A stretch of 64,000 bases of DNA from an uncultured cyanobacterium (GTDB taxonomy: Bacteria > Cyanobacteriota > Cyanobacteriia > PCC-6307 > Cyanobiaceae): the NCBI GenBank assembly GCA_903856805.1, contig CAIOCZ010000072.1, forward strand, positions 1,877 to 65,876. Reading direction: 5' to 3'. A model generated the notes under the pieces. That model saw only the letters and a program-made list of their open reading frames with translations, made no database searches and was not told the DNA's origin. Made by a program: the position numbers and the translations under genes. Below, piece after piece: positions 1 to 9,852 of the stretch. Every line of letters starts with the position of its first letter. Within the stretch, counting starts at the first letter, position 1.

Positions 1-794
1 GCAAAGTCGTCTTCCCGCAGGATGCGATGACGTTGACGGAGCAGATTGGTGATCTGGAACTTGGCTGCCCCTGTGCTCTGTTCATTGCGGGCCTCAACGC
101 TCACGAAGCCGAGGCTCACCCCATAGGTGGGGTCCCGACCGGTGATGCGACTCACCATTGTGGTAAGGGGCAGGTAGGCGGCCTCATCCTGGTTGGCGCC
201 AAACACGGCGCCCTTGGCGGCCAGTACGCCGATCACCTCGAAGGACTGGTCGCGAATGCGCAGGCGACGACCGATCGCCGATCCCGTGGGCACGAGTTTG
301 TCGCGCAGGTCAGGCCCCAGAACCACCAGATTTCTGGCCGAGCGCAGGTCGGACTCACTGAAGAACCGCCCCTGGGTGACATCAAAACGACGCACCGTCA
401 GGAACGCTGGGGTCACCCCCGACACCGACGCTGTGGCACTGAGCCCGCCAGCCTGGACCACCTCACTGCGGGTGATCTGGGGCGCAACGCTCCGCACGCT
501 GGGCACCTGCTCGGCAATGGCCACCGCATCCTCAAGCACAAGAGTCTTGGGGGTATCGATCCCCTGGCGGCGGGTGTCGTTGGTGCCAGGCACCACAAAC
601 AACACGTTGGCTCCGAGGGTGTTGAGTTGGTTTTGGGCCAGGTTCTGGGCCCCACGGCCGATGCCCACCAGGGTGATGACTGAGGCATTACCGATGACGA
701 TGCCCAGCATGGTGAGCAGACTGCGCATCCGGTTGGCCTGGAGCGTCCCCAGTGCCATGACCACGGTTTCGCGCAGCGGCAGCTTGGGGGCCAT
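1..794 (-). CDS. ABC transporter permease, MacB/FtsX (DevC-like) family. Only the 5' part is present and the gene runs off the left edge.
   Basis: Absent from the ORF track because there is no stop in the window. The reverse complement from the ATG (794-792) reads MAPKLPLRETVVMALGTLQANRMRSLLTMLGIVIGNASVITLVGIGRGAQNLAQNQLNTLGANVLFVVPG... This is the N-terminal TM helix plus periplasmic domain typical of FtsX-type permeases, and the frame stays open to position 1. Confidence 0.8.
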   Translation of the reverse strand, partial: MAPKLPLRETVVMALGTLQANRMRSLLTMLGIVIGNASVITLVGIGRGAQNLAQNQLNTLGANVLFVVPGTNDTRRQGIDTPKTLVLEDAVAIAEQVPSVRSVAPQITRSEVVQAGGLSATASVSGVTPAFLTVRRFDVTQGRFFSESDLRSARNLVVLGPDLRDKLVPTGSAIGRRLRIRDQSFEVIGVLAAKGAVFGANQDEAAYLPLTTMVSRITGRDPTYGVSLGFVSVEARNEQSTGAAKFQITNLLRQRHRILREDDF

Positions 795-894
795 GCGAGG
801 GAAAGGACAGCCAATTCATCACCATGGTCGACCATGGGCGGCTCTCGTGGGTGCGATTGCCGGCGACCGGGCCGTCCTCGACCGTGGCGCGACC

Positions 895-2313
895 CTATCC
901 CTCGGCTGACACGTAGACCACCTTGACGAAATCGGTGGAGCCGCTGACCCCTTTGATGGTGCCCGCGGTCTGAACCACGAGGTCGCTGCTTTTGAGCAGT
1001 CCTTTCTCCAGGGCCACATCCATCGCTGCCTTGAAGGTGGCGGTGGTGGTGGCTTGATTCTGGATCACCAGGGGATTCACCCCCCAGACCAACTGCAGGC
1101 GCCTGGCCACCTGGGCTTCTGAAGTGATCGCCAGGATCGGTGTGCTGGGCCTGAACTTACTGACGTTGCGGGCTGAAGATCCGGTCTGGGTGAGGGGCAG
1201 GATCGCCGCCGCATTCAGCTGCCGGGCAATGCTGCTGACGGCCTGACAGATCGCGTTAGGAATGCTGGTGGCCATGTGGCTGTCCAGCACCCGCTGGGGG
1301 TAATCCCGTTCAATCCGCTTGGCGATTTGATCCATGGTGAGCACCGCCTCCACGGGAAAGTCGCCGACCGCGCTCTCATTGGACAACATGACGGCGTCGG
1401 TGCCATCGAGAATCGCATTGGCCACGTCGCTTACCTCGGCCCGGGTGGGACGCGGGCATGAGGCCATCGAATCGAGCATCTGGGTGGCGGTGATCACCGG
1501 GATGCCAAGGCTGTTGCACTTGCGGATCAATTCCTTTTGCAGCAGCGGAACTTCCTCCGCTGGCATCTCTACCCCGAGGTCGCCCCGAGCCACCATCACC
1601 CCATCGCAGAGGGGCAGGATGGCATCGATGGCGTCGATGGCTTCAAACTTCTCGATCTTGGCCACCACGGGGGTGGTGTGGCCATGGCTATGGATCAAGT
1701 CGCGAATTTCGACCATATCGGAGGGATTGCGCACGAAGCTCAGCGCCACCCAATCCACCCCTTGCGCCAGGCCGAAGGCCAGATCGAGGCGGTCCTTTTC
1801 GGTGAGGGCGCGGATCGAGAGCTGGACGTCCGGAAAGTTCACCCCTTTGTTGTTGGAGAGCACCCCCCCGACGGTGACACGGCAGTGGAGCGTCTGGGCA
1901 GCCTGATCCACCGACTCCACCGCCATCTCGACCCGGCCGTCATCCAGCAAAATGCGGCTTCCGGGGGTGACTTCGTCCGCCAGTTTGGTGTAGGTCACCG
2001 TGGCGATGGTCTGGTTGCAGGGACCCTCGAGGGAGGTGAGGCTGAAGGGATCCCCCTTGGCCAAGGTGATCGGACCGGCGGCAAAACGACCGAGGCGGAT
2101 CTTGGGACCCTGGAGATCCTGGAGGATGCCAACGTGAACTCCCATCTCCTGGGCGACCTGACGGATGGTGGTAATCCGTTCGGCGTGGTCGCTGTGATCG
2201 CCGTGGGAAAAATTGAGACGGAACGTGGTGGCGCCGGCCTCGATCAGCTGACGGAGCACCTCCGGAGACTCGGTGGCAGGACCGATCGTGGCAACGATCT
2301 TGGTGCGACGCAT
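895..2313 (-). CDS. pyk: pyruvate kinase
   Basis: MRRTKIVATIGPATESPEVLRQLIEAGATTFRLNFSHGDHSDHAERI... is a canonical PK N-terminus and the match runs full length. The track ORF extends to 2337. I prefer the ATG at 2313 (MRRTKIV). Confidence 0.95.
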   Translation of the reverse strand: MRRTKIVATIGPATESPEVLRQLIEAGATTFRLNFSHGDHSDHAERITTIRQVAQEMGVHVGILQDLQGPKIRLGRFAAGPITLAKGDPFSLTSLEGPCNQTIATVTYTKLADEVTPGSRILLDDGRVEMAVESVDQAAQTLHCRVTVGGVLSNNKGVNFPDVQLSIRALTEKDRLDLAFGLAQGVDWVALSFVRNPSDMVEIRDLIHSHGHTTPVVAKIEKFEAIDAIDAILPLCDGVMVARGDLGVEMPAEEVPLLQKELIRKCNSLGIPVITATQMLDSMASCPRPTRAEVSDVANAILDGTDAVMLSNESAVGDFPVEAVLTMDQIAKRIERDYPQRVLDSHMATSIPNAICQAVSSIARQLNAAAILPLTQTGSSARNVSKFRPSTPILAITSEAQVARRLQLVWGVNPLVIQNQATTTATFKAAMDVALEKGLLKSSDLVVQTAGTIKGVSGSTDFVKVVYVSAEG

Positions 2314-2386
2314 GCGAACGTCCAGGCCCGGGGCCACCGTACTGAGGCGGAAACTACCATCCGGCCATGACCTCCCCGCGCTTGCG

Positions 2387-2716
2387 ATGGACTTTCAGGC
2401 CTACCAGCTCCGTTCCCGTGAGACGGCCCGCTACCCCGATGTGGGGGCCAACCCGATCTATCCCACCCTGGGGCTTTGCGGTGAAGCCGGTGAGGTGGCC
2501 GACAAGGTGAAGAAGGTGTTGCGGGATGGCAACGGCGTGTTCAGTCCTGCCGTTCGGGAGGATCTGAAATTGGAGCTGGGCGATGTGCTGTGGTATGTCG
2601 CCCAGTTGGCCAGCGAGCTGGGACTGAGCCTGGAGGAGGTCGCGGCGGCCAACCTGGCGAAACTCACCAGCCGGGCCGCCCGTAACGTGATTGGAGGCAG
2701 CGGCGACCGGCGGTGA
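2387..2716 (+). CDS. MazG-like nucleoside triphosphate pyrophosphohydrolase (small, single domain)
   Basis: MDFQAYQLRSRETARYP...LGLCGEAGEVADKVKKVLRD...LELGDVLWYVAQLASELGLSLEEVAAANLAKL carries the EXXE/GDVLWY motifs of the MazG family. The track ORF starts at 2273 but overlaps the pyk 5' end, so I used the ATG at 2387. Confidence 0.8.
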   Translation: MDFQAYQLRSRETARYPDVGANPIYPTLGLCGEAGEVADKVKKVLRDGNGVFSPAVREDLKLELGDVLWYVAQLASELGLSLEEVAAANLAKLTSRAARNVIGGSGDRR

Positions 2717-3225
2717 AGAAAGCAGGACGTCTTGGAGCCTCCTCGGTGCTGGGTTGGTGTCTGGCCCTCGTTCTGGGGCTCAGTGGCTGGTGCGCCGTGG
2801 CGCTGGTGGCCGCCCCACCGGCCTGGGCGGCGGAGTTGCAGGTGAGTGAGGTGCGTTTGGAGCCTTGCCCCGCCAGTGATGCCGGTGCCCAACCGTTGCA
2901 GGCCCGACCCAGTGGGGCCGCCTGCTATGCGCTGCGCGGGGTGGTGATCAACCCGGGCCGACGGACCGTCGTCGACACCGATCTCTTCGCCCTGGTGCTC
3001 GATGCCAGCGATGAACCGGTGCTGCCGAACCGCAGTCGCCTGGGCTCCATTGGCGATGTGCCCCCGGGCAGCTCAACGTTTGCCCTGCGCCTGGCCATTC
3101 CCGCCGGCACCCCCGGGCCATTCCAGGTGCGGCTGGTGAAGGCCCGGGGCTTCACGGCGCCGGTGCGCACGCGGCCAGGAGGTGATGACGAGCTCCTCCC
3201 CCTGGAGCAGGCTCTGGCGGGCTGA
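2713..3225 (+). CDS. hypothetical secreted protein with an N-terminal signal peptide
   Basis: The GTG start overlaps the mazG-like stop (GTGA). MKKAGRLGASSVLGWCLALVLGLSGWCAVALVAAPPAWA is a signal-peptide-like N-terminus. I recognise no family. Confidence 0.6.
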   Translation: MKKAGRLGASSVLGWCLALVLGLSGWCAVALVAAPPAWAAELQVSEVRLEPCPASDAGAQPLQARPSGAACYALRGVVINPGRRTVVDTDLFALVLDASDEPVLPNRSRLGSIGDVPPGSSTFALRLAIPAGTPGPFQVRLVKARGFTAPVRTRPGGDDELLPLEQALAG

Positions 3226-3242
3226 CACCCTGGGTCTGGGCT

Positions 3243-3548
3243 TCAGTAGCTGGAGGCCCCCAGGGACACGCTGGCCCCGGTCAGCAGCTGTTCCCCCAGT
3301 TGCAACACCAGCAAGGCCACCAGCGCCGACAGGTCGAGGCCCCCCAGGGGCGGGATCAGGTTGCGGAAGGCATTGAGGTAAGGGTCGGTGATGGCGCTGA
3401 CGCTCGACAGCAGTGGATTGCTCCAATCCAGGTTGGGGAACCAGCTGAGAAGCACCCGCACCAGCAGCACCAGCGTGTAAATGCTCACGGTGCGTGAGAG
3501 CACCTGAAGCAGGAATGGCAGCGTATCCATCAGATCATTCATGAACAT
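3243..3548 (-). CDS. YggT-family (Ycf19-like) membrane protein
   Basis: LLVRVLLSWFPNLDWSNPLLSSVSAITDPYLNAFRNLIPPLGGLDLS is the characteristic YggT motif. The protein is 101 aa. Confidence 0.85.
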   Translation of the reverse strand: MFMNDLMDTLPFLLQVLSRTVSIYTLVLLVRVLLSWFPNLDWSNPLLSSVSAITDPYLNAFRNLIPPLGGLDLSALVALLVLQLGEQLLTGASVSLGASSY

Positions 3549-3599
3549 CGAGCGTTGCCGCCCCCAGGATGGGGGCGGAGGGGGCCCTGGGAGGTCAGT

Positions 3600-4238
3600 T
3601 TATTCAGGGGGCCCACCGGGTTCTGGGGGCAGCCCCTGCGGCTCCTCCCGCAGCTCCTCCCGCGGGTCCTCCCGCGTCGCCCGGGTTGGCGCTGGACGGA
3701 TCGGACCGGTGAGATCGCTGCGCACGGAGAAGGTGCGGTGAAATTTCTCACTGAGGCTCAGCCAGTAGGAGCGTCCTTCGCTCTGCCGTTTGCGTTCAAT
3801 GAAGTCCTGGGCCAGCAGCTCCTTGATGTGGTCATAGGCCCCGGAGCCGCGCAGCTCCACCAGGTCGGACTGAAGAATGCGGGTTTTCAGAGCAATGGTG
3901 GCCAGGGTGCGCAGGGCCGCGGTGGAGAGATCCACCGGCAGCAGGTTCTGAACCAGGTCGCCGAGGTCGCCGCGCAGCTGGAGGCTGTAGCGCTGCCCCT
4001 CCTGGTGGATTTCGAGGGCCGTATCCCGGTGGGCATAGTCGGCCATCAACGTGATCAGGGCCAGTTCCGTTTCCTCCCGTTCCATGCCGGCGATGTCGGC
4101 AAGTTCGGCGAGGCTGAGGGGACGGCCCTTGAGGTAGAGGATGGCCTCCAGCCTGGCGGGCAGGGAGAGGGAGGGGGGGCCGAAGGACCTGGGGCTGGCC
4201 GGGTCAACGGGCCCTGGATCGGGCAGTCTGTCAGCCAT
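3600..4238 (-). CDS. scpB: segregation and condensation protein B
   Basis: LEAILYLKGRPLSLAELADIAGM...STAALRTLATIALKTRILQSDLVELRGSGAYDHIKELL is a typical ScpB winged-helix pair. The start overlaps the ilvA stop by 8 nt. Confidence 0.85.
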   Translation of the reverse strand: MADRLPDPGPVDPASPRSFGPPSLSLPARLEAILYLKGRPLSLAELADIAGMEREETELALITLMADYAHRDTALEIHQEGQRYSLQLRGDLGDLVQNLLPVDLSTAALRTLATIALKTRILQSDLVELRGSGAYDHIKELLAQDFIERKRQSEGRSYWLSLSEKFHRTFSVRSDLTGPIRPAPTRATREDPREELREEPQGLPPEPGGPPE

Positions 4239-5859
4239 CAGCGATCACCAAGCCGTCCACGCTTGGTCGCGCCTGACTGGCGGGACCAAGGAACAGGCGA
4301 TAGGCGGGGTTGGCGGTCTCGTCCCAGTGGCGGTAGGGCAAGGCCTCCAGGAAGCGTTGCCACTCCCCGAGATCCTGGGGAGGCACCTGAACGCCGATCA
4401 CGATTCGCCCCACATCGGCGCCGTGATTGCGGTAGTGAAAGATGCTGATGTTCCAGTTGGAGTGCAGGGCGTTCACAAAGGCCATCAGGGCCCCGGGCCG
4501 CTCGGGGAACTCGAAGCGATAGAGCAGTTCCTCGCCCTGGGCGAGGGCGGCGCCGGCACTGGCCGGCAACCGGCCGCCCACCATGTGGCAGAGGTGCAGT
4601 TTGGTCAGCTCGTTGCCGCTGAGGTCAAGGCAGGGAAAGCCACTGCCCTCGAGCGTGGCCAGCAGCCGTTGGGTGTCGGCCCGGCCGCTGATCTGGACCC
4701 CCACAAAGATGTGGGCCAGCTGGGGATCCGCCAGGCGGTAGCTGAATTCCGTGAGGCTGCGAGGGCCCAGCAGCCCGCAGAAGCGGCGAAGGCTGCCGGG
4801 CTGCTCCGGGATCTCCACGGCCAGCAGCGCCTCCCGTTCTTCCCCCAGTTCGGCCCGCTCCGCCACGAACAGAAGCCGATCGAAGTTCATGTTGGCGCCG
4901 CAGGCCACAGCCACCAGGCAGCGTCCCGACAACCCCCGCACCTGCACGTCCTTTTTCATGCCCGCCACGGCGAGGGCGCCGGCGGGCTCCAGGATCGAGC
5001 GGGTGTCTTCAAAGACGTCCTTGATCGCGGCGCAGATCTCATCGGTGTCCACGGTCACCATCGCGTCCACATGGCGCTGGGCCAGGGCAAAGGTGTGTTC
5101 CCCCACCTCCCGCACGGCCACGCCATCGGCAAACAGCCCCACCTGGTCCAGCTTCAGCCGCTGGCCTGCCGCCAGGGAGCGGGTCATGGCGTCGGCATCC
5201 ACGGGTTCCACCCCGATCACTTCCACCTGGGGCCAGAGGCTTTTCACGTAGGCGGCGATGCCGGCGATCAGCCCCCCACCCCCCACGGCCACATAGATGG
5301 CATCGGGCGGAGGTGAACACTGGCGCAGGATCTCCAGGGCGATGGTGCCCTGGCCGGCGATCACGTCGGGATCATCGAAGGGATGGATGAAGGTGAGGCC
5401 GCGATCGGTCTCGATCCGCCGCGCTTCGGCGCAGGCTTCGTCGTAGCTGTCTCCGTACAACACCACCTCGGCCCCCCGGGCGGCCACGGCCCGCACCTTC
5501 ATCTCCGGCGTGGTGACGGGCATGACGATCACGGCGTGGCAGCCGAGCCGCTGGGCACCGAGGGCCACCCCCTGGGCATGGTTGCCGGCGCTGGCGGCGA
5601 TCACGCCGCGATCCAGCTCGGCCCGACTCAGGCCCGCCATCTTGTTATAAGCACCACGCAACTTGAAACTGAACACGGGCTGAAGGTCCTCTCGCTTGAG
5701 CAGCACCCGGTTGTCCAGCCGTCGCGACAGATTGGGCGCCAGATCAAGGGGGGATTCGATGGCTACGTCGTACACCCGGGCCCTGAGGATCCGCTGCAGG
5801 TAGGGACTGGCCTCCGGCATCGGAGAAGCCCCCGCCAGGGGCTGAATGGGATCGCTCAT
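4231..5859 (-). CDS. ilvA: biosynthetic threonine ammonia-lyase (threonine dehydratase)
   Basis: YLQRILRARVYDVAIESPLD...LLKREDLQPVFSFKLRGAYNKM carries the PLP lysine motif. A C-terminal pair of ACT-like regulatory domains follows. The protein is 542 aa. Confidence 0.93.
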   Translation of the reverse strand: MSDPIQPLAGASPMPEASPYLQRILRARVYDVAIESPLDLAPNLSRRLDNRVLLKREDLQPVFSFKLRGAYNKMAGLSRAELDRGVIAASAGNHAQGVALGAQRLGCHAVIVMPVTTPEMKVRAVAARGAEVVLYGDSYDEACAEARRIETDRGLTFIHPFDDPDVIAGQGTIALEILRQCSPPPDAIYVAVGGGGLIAGIAAYVKSLWPQVEVIGVEPVDADAMTRSLAAGQRLKLDQVGLFADGVAVREVGEHTFALAQRHVDAMVTVDTDEICAAIKDVFEDTRSILEPAGALAVAGMKKDVQVRGLSGRCLVAVACGANMNFDRLLFVAERAELGEEREALLAVEIPEQPGSLRRFCGLLGPRSLTEFSYRLADPQLAHIFVGVQISGRADTQRLLATLEGSGFPCLDLSGNELTKLHLCHMVGGRLPASAGAALAQGEELLYRFEFPERPGALMAFVNALHSNWNISIFHYRNHGADVGRIVIGVQVPPQDLGEWQRFLEALPYRHWDETANPAYRLFLGPASQARPSVDGLVIADG

Positions 5860-5990
5860 ACCGTCCAGTGTTGCAAGCGGCTGGCCCCCTGGAGCACCCG
5901 ACTGGCGCCCGTTCCCAGGCTCAACCGTGGCTTTGAACGCCGGCGGCAGGAACGGACCTCGTAGATTGCCAGCGACGAATCAGGATCGGC

Positions 5991-7913
5991 ATGCATCTGA
6001 GCGAGCTGACGCACCCGAATCAGTTGCATGGCCTGACCACCCCCGAACTGGAGGCGATCGCCCGCCAGATCCGGGAGAAGCATCTTGACGTGGTCTCCAC
6101 CAGTGGCGGTCACCTGGGGCCGGGCCTGGGGGTGGTGGAACTCACCCTTGCCCTCTACCAAACCCTGGATCTTGACCGCGACCGGGTGGTGTGGGACGTG
6201 GGGCATCAGGCCTATCCCCATAAGTTGGTGACGGGTCGATTTAAGGATTTTCATACGCTGCGCCAGAAGAACGGCATTGCCGGTTATCTCAAGCGCTGCG
6301 AAAGTCGCTTCGACCATTTCGGTGCCGGCCACGCCTCCACCAGCATTTCCGCGGCGCTCGGGATGGCCCTCGCCCGGGATCGGCGCCAGGAGAACTTCAA
6401 ATGCGTGGCGGTGATCGGTGACGGCTCCCTCACCGGTGGCATGGCGCTGGAGGCCATCAACCATGCCGGCCATCTCCCCCACACCAATCTGCTGGTGGTG
6501 TTGAACGATAATGATATGTCGATTTCTCCTCCTGTAGGAGCCCTATCCACGCACCTCAATCGCATGCGGTTGAGCAAACCGGTGCAATTTCTCTCCGGTA
6601 GCGCAGAAGAAGCTGTTAAAAATCTCCCCTTCCTCCATGGAGAGCTTCCGACTGAATTGCGGACGCTCAAGGAGAGCATGAAGCGGCTGGCGGTCCCCAA
6701 GGTGGGGGCTGTGTTTGAAGAGCTGGGGTTCACCTATATGGGTCCCATTGATGGCCACGACATCCCCGAGATGGTGCGCACCTTCCAGGCGGCCCATCGT
6801 TGTGAAGGTCCCGTGTTGGTGCACGTGGCCACCACGAAGGGGAAAGGCTATGCCTATGCCGAAGCCGATCAGGTGGGTTATCACGCCCAGTCTGCCTTTG
6901 ATCTGGCCACTGGAAAGGCCTACCCCGCCAGCAAGCCCAAGCCCCCGAGCTGGAGCAAGGTCTTTGGCCAGACCCTCGTCAAAATTTGCGAGCAGAACCC
7001 CCGCGTGGTGGGGATCACCGCCGCCATGGCCACGGGCACCGGTCTTGATTTATTGGAGAAGGCGCTCCCCAATCAATATTTCGATGTCGGGATTGCGGAG
7101 CAGCATGCCGTCACCATGGCTGCTGGCATGGCCTGCGAAGGGATCCGGCCGGTGGTAGCCATCTACAGCACGTTCCTGCAGCGGGCCTTCGATCAGTTGA
7201 TTCACGATGTAGGGATTCAGAAGCTCCCGGTCACCTTTGTGCTGGATCGGGCCGGCATCGTCGGCGCCGATGGCCCCACCCACCAGGGCCAATACGACAT
7301 CAGCTATCTGCGGGCGGTGCCCAACTTCACGGTGATGGCCCCCAAGGATGAAGCGGAGCTGCAGCGGATGCTGATCACCTCCATCGGCCACGATGGTCCC
7401 TGCGCCCTGCGCATTCCCCGCGGAGAGGGCGAGGGGGTGCCCCTGCTTGAGGAAGGCTGGCAGCCCTTGGAAATTGGCCGAGGGGAACTGCTCGCCGATG
7501 GCGACGATCTGCTGATCGTGGCCTACGGCGCCATGGTGGCCCCGGCCATGGCCACCGCCGGCCTGCTCCAGGAACGGGGCCTCCGTGCTGCCGTGGTGAA
7601 TGCGCGCTTCCTGCGCCCGCTTGATCACGCACTGATCCTGCCCTTGGCCCGCCGCATCGGCCGGGTCGTGACCATGGAGGAAGGGGCGCTTGCGGGCGGC
7701 TTTGGCGCTGCTGTCGTTGAGTGCCTCAACGACAATGATGTGTTGGTTCCGGTGCTGCGGTTCGGGATTCCCGACCAACTCGTGGACCATGCCAGCCCGG
7801 AGCAGAGCAAGCAGAGCCTGGGCCTCACCCCCTCCCAGATGGCCGAGCGGATCCTGTCACGCTTTGCTCCGGTGACCACGTCAGAACAGTTCGTGCAGGT
7901 GGCCCTGTCCTGA
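5991..7913 (+). CDS. dxs: 1-deoxy-D-xylulose-5-phosphate synthase
   Basis: [33 protein letters not shown]...[16 protein letters not shown]...[18 protein letters not shown] contains diagnostic Dxs/TPP motifs. The protein is 640 aa. Confidence 0.96.
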   Translation: MHLSELTHPNQLHGLTTPELEAIARQIREKHLDVVSTSGGHLGPGLGVVELTLALYQTLDLDRDRVVWDVGHQAYPHKLVTGRFKDFHTLRQKNGIAGYLKRCESRFDHFGAGHASTSISAALGMALARDRRQENFKCVAVIGDGSLTGGMALEAINHAGHLPHTNLLVVLNDNDMSISPPVGALSTHLNRMRLSKPVQFLSGSAEEAVKNLPFLHGELPTELRTLKESMKRLAVPKVGAVFEELGFTYMGPIDGHDIPEMVRTFQAAHRCEGPVLVHVATTKGKGYAYAEADQVGYHAQSAFDLATGKAYPASKPKPPSWSKVFGQTLVKICEQNPRVVGITAAMATGTGLDLLEKALPNQYFDVGIAEQHAVTMAAGMACEGIRPVVAIYSTFLQRAFDQLIHDVGIQKLPVTFVLDRAGIVGADGPTHQGQYDISYLRAVPNFTVMAPKDEAELQRMLITSIGHDGPCALRIPRGEGEGVPLLEEGWQPLEIGRGELLADGDDLLIVAYGAMVAPAMATAGLLQERGLRAAVVNARFLRPLDHALILPLARRIGRVVTMEEGALAGGFGAAVVECLNDNDVLVPVLRFGIPDQLVDHASPEQSKQSLGLTPSQMAERILSRFAPVTTSEQFVQVALS

Positions 7914-7945
7914 GCCGGGGCTGGCGAGCAAGGCCGGGTTGTCAC

Positions 7946-7975
7946 AAAAAAATCCGGCCTGTTGTCAGGCCGGAT
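7946..7975 (-). terminator. rho-independent terminator downstream of psaK
   Basis: The minus strand reads ATCCGGCCT-GACAAC-AGGCCGGAT followed by TTTTTTT (plus-strand A-run at 7946-7952). The 9-bp GC-rich stem lies 46 nt after the psaK stop. Confidence 0.75.
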
Positions 7976-8020
7976 CCAGATGGGGCTAGGGCTGAAGTGG
8001 AACCCCGAGGACCCTGGGGG

Positions 8021-8278
8021 TCAGAGAGCGCCGCTGGCGGCCAGACCTTGAATGGCCCCAAGGCCGAGGATGTGGCCCAGGCTGAGGGTGCCGAGCATGG
8101 CGCCGTGGCTGAAGCCACCAAACAGATTGGCGCTAGGGAGTTGCAGACCCACGTTGGGTTGCTTGATCGTGGCTTTGCCGATGGCAATGGCGATGACGTT
8201 GGCCACAATCATCACCAGGGCAACCTTCGGCGACCAGGAGACAGTGGCGGGGGCGATGGCCAGAAGCGGAGCAATCAT
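8021..8278 (-). CDS. psaK: photosystem I reaction centre subunit PsaK
   Basis: MIAPLLAIAPATVSWSPKVALVMIVANVIAIAIGKATIK...GGFSHGAMLGTLSLGHILGLGAI is an 85-aa, two-TM PsaK-type sequence. Confidence 0.9.
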   Translation of the reverse strand: MIAPLLAIAPATVSWSPKVALVMIVANVIAIAIGKATIKQPNVGLQLPSANLFGGFSHGAMLGTLSLGHILGLGAIQGLAASGAL

Positions 8279-8399
8279 GGTGCACGTGCCGACGACCCAT
8301 CTTCCGGGGAGAGGCCTCCAGCCACGGCCTCCCGTAAGACTTATTCACTAAGGACGCCGGCCATCCCCTCAGGACTGCGCACTGTTCTTGGCTCAGTGT

Positions 8400-9527
8400 T
8401 CACGGCTCACTGCGATCCGAAAGCCCCATCTGCTCCCGTAGTTCACTCACCACCCCGCTGCGCTTGAGGGTGCTGATCGCCAGATCAATGCGTTCGGCGC
8501 TGGCCGCCGGCAGGTCTGGGCCAAAGGCAAAGGCCTGGGACTCGGGGTGGATTCCCTGCAGGACCAGGGAGGGCACCAGCCGGCCGCGCGGCCGGCGCAG
8601 CACCAGATCCATCAATTGGAGGTTGTCGGCCAGCACGGCATCCAGCTGGTTCCTCTCCAGTCGCTCCAGAGCCACATCCAGGCTGAAAACCCGCCGAATC
8701 ACCACGGGCGCGCCGGTCGCCCTGGCGTTGAGATCCTGGAGCAGGGCCTCACTCACGGAACCCGGCCGCACGGCCACCCTCTGTCCTTGCAGGTCGGTGA
8801 TGGAGCGGAGATGGCCCATGGTCTTGCCTTGGGTTTCGCGCACCACGTTCACCGTGAGGTAGCCCACCAACAAGGACGACGACACGATCCTCACCAGGTA
8901 GGCGACGATCACGATTGCCTGCCCCCGGCTGGTGGTGCTGATCGTGTTGCTGCCTGGGCCGGTGGCCAGGATCTGAAACAACTTGCTGAAGCTGCGACGC
9001 CGCCCATGGGCCACGGTGTCCGGGTGGTCGCGATAGGTCTCCAGCTTCCAGAGCAGCAGGCCCAGGGCTGCGATCACCAGCAGAAATCCGCCCAGGAGCT
9101 GCAGCAGTAGGGGGCCAAACAGGGAGCTCAGAAACGCCCGACCCAGATCGAAGCGACTGCTGGCCACCATCACCGCCAGACCGTCCTCCTGAAACGGCAG
9201 GCTGAACGTGATCCGGCTCAGGCGATCCGGGGAGACGTTGATGCAGCCCACGGCCACGTCCACCTGGCCACGCTCGGTGGCCTCAAGCAGGGCCGCCGTG
9301 GAGGGCCAGGACTGCAGCACATAGGGAAATTGGGCCTGGCCGGCGATGCGCACCCAGAGCTCCACCGCCAGGCCCCGCCAGACCCCGGCCTCCCGCCAGC
9401 TGCAGGGGCGCGCCCCCTCCACAAGTCCAACCCGCAGCACCGGGGTGGCCGCGGCTGGGAGCGCCTGCAACAGCAGGCCTCCGATCGCCAGCACCAGGAG
9501 AGGGCGGCGCCAGGACACGCAACCCAT
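8400..9527 (-). CDS. periplasmic solute-binding domain interrupted by a two-TM/pore-like module (prokaryotic glutamate-receptor-like, GIC-family candidate channel)
   Basis: The order is a signal peptide (MGCVSWRRPLLVLAIGGLLLQALPAAA) and SBP lobe 1 (LRVGLVEGARPCSW...VDVAVGCINVSPDRL). Next come TM1 (LFGPLLLQLLGGFLLVIAALGLLLW), a short loop (FQILATGPGSNTIS) and TM2 (AIVIVAYLVRIVSSSLLVGYLTVNVV). SBP lobe 2 follows (LRSITDLQGQRVAVRPGSVSEALL...). The track ORF starts at 9557. The ATG at 9527 avoids overlap with the upstream gene. Confidence 0.7.
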   Translation of the reverse strand: MGCVSWRRPLLVLAIGGLLLQALPAAATPVLRVGLVEGARPCSWREAGVWRGLAVELWVRIAGQAQFPYVLQSWPSTAALLEATERGQVDVAVGCINVSPDRLSRITFSLPFQEDGLAVMVASSRFDLGRAFLSSLFGPLLLQLLGGFLLVIAALGLLLWKLETYRDHPDTVAHGRRRSFSKLFQILATGPGSNTISTTSRGQAIVIVAYLVRIVSSSLLVGYLTVNVVRETQGKTMGHLRSITDLQGQRVAVRPGSVSEALLQDLNARATGAPVVIRRVFSLDVALERLERNQLDAVLADNLQLMDLVLRRPRGRLVPSLVLQGIHPESQAFAFGPDLPAASAERIDLAISTLKRSGVVSELREQMGLSDRSEP

Positions 9528-9528
9528 C

Positions 9529-9852
9529 TCAGTCCTGGCGCGGGCGGGCGGCCGCAAAGCCCAGCAAAACCAGCAGGTTGCTCAGGGTGAGGAACGCTTC
9601 GGCCCCGCCATGGAGGGGATCGACATTGGCCAGCAGCTCCCCGAAACGCAGCTGGGCCACGATCGCCGCCACGATCGTGACCGCCACGAACAGCAGGGTG
9701 AGCTCAAAGCCCCGCAGGGCCAGGCGTGGAAACGCCTTGACCTGCCGGGCCCACCACAAAAAAGCCAGGTAGGGCACCAGGGAAAGCACGAACAGTGGGG
9801 CCGGATCCACCAGCCCCAGCCGGGCCAGCCACCCTGCCAGGGGGCCGCTCAT
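9529..9852 (-). CDS. small membrane protein, DUF3593-like (family recalled from memory)
   Basis: A 107-aa protein with 3 predicted TM helices (FVLSLVPYLAFLWWARQV..., LTLLFVAVTIVAAIVAQL..., FLTLSNLLVLLGFAAA). It is coupled by a 4-nt overlap to the upstream DUF2499-like gene. Confidence 0.6.
   Translation of the reverse strand: MSGPLAGWLARLGLVDPAPLFVLSLVPYLAFLWWARQVKAFPRLALRGFELTLLFVAVTIVAAIVAQLRFGELLANVDPLHGGAEAFLTLSNLLVLLGFAAARPRQD

Noticed and set aside
4141-5316. 391-aa plus-strand ORF
   Set aside because: It is antisense to ilvA.
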